Below the pieces are notes generated by a model. The model was not told the origin of the DNA and did not search any database. It saw nothing but the letters and a program-made list of their open reading frames with translations. Below, one piece after another: positions 59,401 to 64,000 of a stretch of DNA of 64,000 nt (within the stretch, counting starts at the first letter, position 1; every line of letters begins with the position of its first letter). The position numbers and the translations under genes are program-made. Source of the stretch: Phoronis australis (taxonomy: Eukaryota > Animalia > Phoronida); contig NMRA01000210.1 in assembly GCA_002633005.1 (NCBI GenBank), forward strand, positions 310,001 through 374,000. Reading direction: 5' to 3'.

Positions 59401-62400
59401 ACATTTTAATTTCACGACTTTGATACCGTAATCAACTGCTGGGGGAATTTGTCGTTTGCAATTTGTTAAAACCTTCGGTGTAAATTAAACGACACGTGTT
59501 GCTCAACGGCCAACCATAGCATCAGGACCGAGGCTGAAATCAGTAGTTGATAATATTCACCGCTCTTATCGCGGTATCTGACGGGTTGTAAGTGTGGCTT
59601 GTTCATTGAACAGAAAAGCCTGTGGCTCCTCTCCGTAGCCACACCGATTATGACATTGACTGGGGATCACAGTTGCTAACGAGAAAGCAGCATCACTCAC
59701 TTGAATTCGAGTCTACCACCAATAAAAAGATATCGAAGTCTGATGTAATTTCACCCAAGGCTGTTTCTGTCAATAGGGTCGCAATCCGTAGACCAAAAAC
59801 ACTTGGAAGAAAAGCTAAAGTGATCATGTGCTTCTCTTTTAATGCATGGCGATATGTCGCGAAAACTTGCATGATCCTGAGTTTAAGCGAGATTCTTGCG
59901 TTTTTTGCACGCAGCTCTGTTTGTAGGACCCAAAATAGGCCGGCTTACTACCGTTGAGCGATAAACCCGTGCAGATCGCGTGGTTCAAGGCTGGTAGTGT
60001 TTACTCATAGAGGTATAAGTGGATTCAGCAGACATTTGTAGGCCTAAGGTGTTCTGAAATTCCCAATGCATTTCTTTTTTCACTGAGATTTCATTGATCA
60101 AGTCAAGTAAAAAATACGGCACTACCCCCATCAGTTTGAAAGATACAGGCAAGAACCAGGCGTGCTTTTTTACCTTATATGATAAAAGCGAAATTCCTCC
60201 TACAGGCACTATGTTCTTGGGATGTCAGACAGTCTGGACGACATCAGGGCCCCCCGTTGGCAACTGGTATTAACTCTTCTTCTTGCTTGGATCATCATTT
60301 TTCTGTGTTTATTCAAAGGAGTAAAGTCATCAGGAAAGGTATGCACTGAATGATTTGGTTGGTGGGTTTCTCATTTACCTTACTGTTTTAAAAGGTGCTT
60401 CGTTTATTTTGTAACGTACGAGTATACCTGCGGACACAGTATTCAAATAGCAGCCATTCTGTAGATACAGTGGCACTGTGTTGCTAGCCTGTTGGTGAGA
60501 AGTCTAGGCGCCAAGTTATAACTACCAAAAGGTGCCGTCCATGCCACGAGTTATTCTAGAAAAAGCTACTCCTGGAACAAGTTGTCACTACTAAGGTTTG
60601 GTAGTAGGCGTGGACACGATTTGCGTTGTACGACCTTGACAGTCGTGACACAGCTGAAACACCTCACTGAGGTAGGGCAATGTTCCAAGGTAACTTGCCA
60701 CAGAGCAAACTGTAGTCTCGACGCAAGCCTGTAGACATGATAGGAGTTATTAGCAGTTGTGCCCTTGACTGACACCGAGAATCTAATTCTCTTTGCGTGC
60801 CGTATTTGTCGCAAGGTGTACGGTGTTTATTGTGGACGCAGAACTGCCCTGGGACAAGTTGCTGGGGGTAACTCAGGTTGTGGACATGACTAAAGACGTG
60901 CATGTACGTTTGCGATTGCTCCTTTGGTTTGTCATTTCTGCATAACCTTTTGCAACTACATGCACTGCTGTACGTGAACTTGGAAGCCTGCTTAATCTCA
61001 AGATTAAGCGGAAGTGAGTGTTGCATGAACTTGCGTGATCTTGAGATTAAGCAAACTGCCAAACCCCGTACGTAAACTTGGAATCTTGCGTGAATAGAAA
61101 TTTATTCCAAGATCCCAAGTTCACGCACAGCAGCTGCACATCTACACTAGCCCAGCTGTGCCCCCTAATGGCTATCCTATTCGGTATGCAACCAAAATCT
61201 TAGACAAAGCCGTAATCGATGATGGAACGACAAATCTGCTGCTTGGTTTTAGTTGCTTAAAACTTGTGTTTAAAACTAAAATTATTTACTTTATTTATTT
61301 TTTGAGATCCTTTTGTGATTCTTGATAATTTTTCTGAACTTACAGGTAGTATATTTCACTGCCACGTTTCCCTATATCGTACTTATAATATTACTCGTGC
61401 GAGGTGCAACGCTAAAAGGCGCTCTTGAAGGGGTTACATTCTACATAACACCTCAGTGGGATAAACTAGGTGATGCTCAGGTAAGCGCCTCTTGCTTTTA
61501 CAAACATAAGATTTCGCCATTTCTTATTAAATATAGGTTATCTCAGGCCACAGTGTAAACCATGAAATGAATATTTTCTTACAGTGTTTTTATCATTGTA
61601 GTTCAATTATTAAAATCAATGAAACTGGGCCATGCTTTGCAAGGTCTTTGTGAAGCTGACAACACATATCGACCAGATTCAAGTTCGTGAAAATATGTTT
61701 TTATAATGGAGACGATGATGCCTTTTCATTTTTTCATATATTTGACTTATTTTGTGCTACCCATTGTCCATTTTTATTATTTCGAGTCCCTTTTTGGCGT
61801 CCGTATTTTTATCCGCCAAACCTCTCAAAGGATCACTGTGCGAACTTTGAGTTTGTTTCAAAATATACTACCGAACCATGTTTTTACACAGTGTGTAGCG
61901 TCAGATCTGACGAATTCTGTGACACCTATTGGGCATCCATTTTTGGCAGCCGCCTCTCTCTCTCTCCGGCAAACCGATGTAAGGATTAGCACAAAAATTA
62001 GCATACGTGTTCCTAATAAAAAGGCTGTGACTGTTTCTACTGACAAAAACGAGGCTGGCGTGCATTTTCTGCCGGGTCCAATAAATATGGTGTTCCCTAA
62101 TGGCATTTTTGCATATTCAGCTCTATCTCCTAAATCGCTTTCAAAATCTTTTGGAAATTTGGCAAGTGCTTTCCGGATGGATGGATCCGACTACTGGTGG
62201 GCCTCCTAATGGTAAATTCTATTTCTTTTTCACATTTGCCTCTGTATTTTAGGAGTTCCATGGAGGAATTTCATGGCAAGTAGCTTCGTCTTCAGAGAGG
62301 CGATAACACCCTCTCATTTTTTGATGATTTTGGCATATTCTGTGCCACCTAGTGATCATTTTTACGATACTAAGGAACATCTCTAGAAGCACACCTTTTG

Positions 62401-63087
62401 CAGTGCTGTCGGAGGCACATTTCAACGGTGCGCGTTGCTGTTGTATTATTTTCAAGTGAGTTTTTGTCGTATTCGTATGTACCCGCCAAACCCGGCGATC
62501 AGAGGATCGTTATCATGGAAATTGACGAATAAGCTGCTACTGACTAGAGCACGACTGATGTTGACTTTCAGACGGGTCCAAGTATTGTGGTGCCTCCGAG
62601 TGTCATTTTTTTGCGTCTACGAATGTATCTCCTATACCCTTGCAAGATCTTTTGGATATTTGACTAATGGTATTCCTATTAACTTGACGGCAGATGGACG
62701 GGTTCAACCACCGGTTTGCTTCCTGATAGCAATTATTTTTTAATTTCCTTGACGAATTCTCATGAAATTTGACGAAAAAATCCATTAGAGAGGCGACTAC
62801 GACTTTCAGTTATAGGTTCGATGTATTCTGCGCCATCTAATGGCCATTTTTGTGATACCTATAAACAACCCTAGAAGCATACCGTTTGCATCACAGTTGG
62901 GGGGGCTCATTCTAGTGCTCCGCATTGCTCTTGCATATTGCAGCTTAATAGGAAAGATTATTTCTTTACCACGCGTGTTTTAGGTATGGGGAGCTGCTGC
63001 CGTCCAAATATTTTACTCTCTTGGTCCCGCCTGGGGTGGGCTTATAACCATGGCAAGCTATAACAAGTTCCAAAACAACTGCTATAG
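53493..63087 (+). CDS. SLC6 sodium- and chloride-dependent amino-acid (glycine-type) transporter, 5' part; exons 53493-53558 (possible upstream ATG 53415), 54164-54305, 56357-56488, 57600-57773, 59142-59226, 60206-60338, 61346-61480, 62984-63087; continues beyond the window
   Basis: Spliced translation gives [43 protein letters not shown]...[14 protein letters not shown]...YYNMIIAY...[11 protein letters not shown]...SQEYF...[18 protein letters not shown]...[22 protein letters not shown]. These are classic SLC6/NSS TM1-TM6 motifs, and all junctions are phase-compatible. Confidence 0.95.
55858..56179. mobile_element. CAG...CTG-terminated MITE with perfect 5-bp target duplication (hAT5-like), same family as 50961-51120 in opposite orientation
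   Basis: attcg|cagtggcggatttagggg ... ccccaactcaaaatcctggatccgctcctg|attcg. Confidence 0.75.
60961..61138. mobile_element. Short MITE-like inverted-repeat element
   Basis: Left end tgcactgctgtacgtgaacttgg; reverse complement of right end tgcagctgctgtgcgtgaacttgg; internal inverted pair cttaatctcaagat / atcttgagattaag. Confidence 0.6.
61740..62935 (+). mobile_element. Diverged HINE-like copies with two 3' termini (~62445 and ~62935)
   Basis: Array units plus two terminal modules: ctagaagcacacc...caacggtgcgcgttgctgttg and ctagaagcatacc...gctccgcattgctcttg. The left boundary is approximate. Confidence 0.65.
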
Positions 63088-63243
63088 GTAAGTTAGACGC
63101 CCGTCTGGAGGAAACTCTTATTTGTATTCCATGCTTGCCTCTTCGTTCTCCTGAGTCCTTCCACAAATTTTGTGACGAGCTACATGCTGGCTTCGTTCAT
63201 ATTATAGATGCCCATGCAATTTGTGTAACTAGGGTATCCCCAC

Positions 63244-64000
63244 TTTTTATGCGTCCACATATTTATATGTGGACGCATTATGCCGTCATCTCCGTCCGTC
63301 CGTCCGTCCGTCCGGGCGGCGTCCGTCCGGCGTCCGGAGTCCGCTGCTCTATCTCCAAAACCCTTTGGCATACGTTCATGAAATTTGGCACATATGTTCC
63401 ATTTATAAATGGGACGGCATGAGCGAACTTTCGGACGGATCCGACTACCGGTGTGCCCCCTAGTGACAATTTTAGTTTTTTACGCATACATTTGTATCCT
63501 TCAAAAGTCCTGAACGGATTTTCATGAAATTTGGTATGTAGGCACCTATTAGTGAGATGACGCTATCATTCCGTTTTCGGATGGATTCGACGTAGTTTGC
63601 CACCTAGCGGCCATTTTTACTGTTTTCGAGTCTGTTTTTTTGCGTCCACACCTCTATCAACCAAACCGCTTAAAGGATGTTTGTGAAAATTGACATGTAT
63701 GTGCTTACTATGAAGAGGACGGTTGACGATGATTTTCCGACGATTTCGACTACCGTGGCACTTCCTAGTGGCAGTTTTGTTTTTTTTGCACTTATGGCTG
63801 TATCTCCTAAACCGTTTGCAGGATCTTTACGAAATTTAGTAAGTATATTTATATGATGTTAACAACGGACGACGACGACTTTTGGACGGATCCGACCACC
63901 GGTGTTCCCCCTAGTAGCAATTTTATTTTTTTTCGTTTGCCTTTGTATCTTCAAAAGTCCTTAACGGATTTTCATGAAATTTAATATGTAGGCACCTATT
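63244..64000 (+). mobile_element. HINE-like element, intact 5' end, runs off the window
   Basis: ttttt, then 14-bp inverted repeat atgcgtccacatat-tt-atatgtggacgcat (63249-63278), (GTCC)n microsatellite ~63291-63340, then ~150-bp units. Confidence 0.82.

Overview
Eukaryotic, intron-rich invertebrate DNA, probably lophotrochozoan/mollusc-like (inferred from repeat style and gene content), from a scaffolded draft assembly with one N-gap (30783-31201) and six single-N joins. Four spliced genes were reconstructed by hand from GT-AG sites and frame phase: (1) the 5' part of a PLP-dependent Cys/Met-metabolism enzyme (cystathionine/methionine gamma-lyase-like, minus strand, probably continuing past the left edge); (2) a complete 15-coding-exon TANGO6 (plus, ~1056 aa); (3) a complete 6-coding-exon PPM1D/Wip1 phosphatase (minus, ~738 aa); (4) the 5' part of an SLC6 glycine/amino-acid-type transporter (plus, runs off the right edge). 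Five near-identical tandem duplications, each joined at an N, duplicate exons of TANGO6 and PPM1D and are most likely uncollapsed haplotypes. Non-coding highlights: a decayed Kolobok-type transposon with THAP and KolX (P2X7-tail-like) remnants; a Helentron-associated (HINE-like) element family whose ~150-bp internal repeats each carry a CTCF-like motif; degenerate hammerhead-ribozyme cores; several MITEs; a tRNA-derived SINE; and a LINE 3' remnant. No prokaryotic systems or CRISPR arrays. All similarity statements come from recalled family motifs, not database searches.
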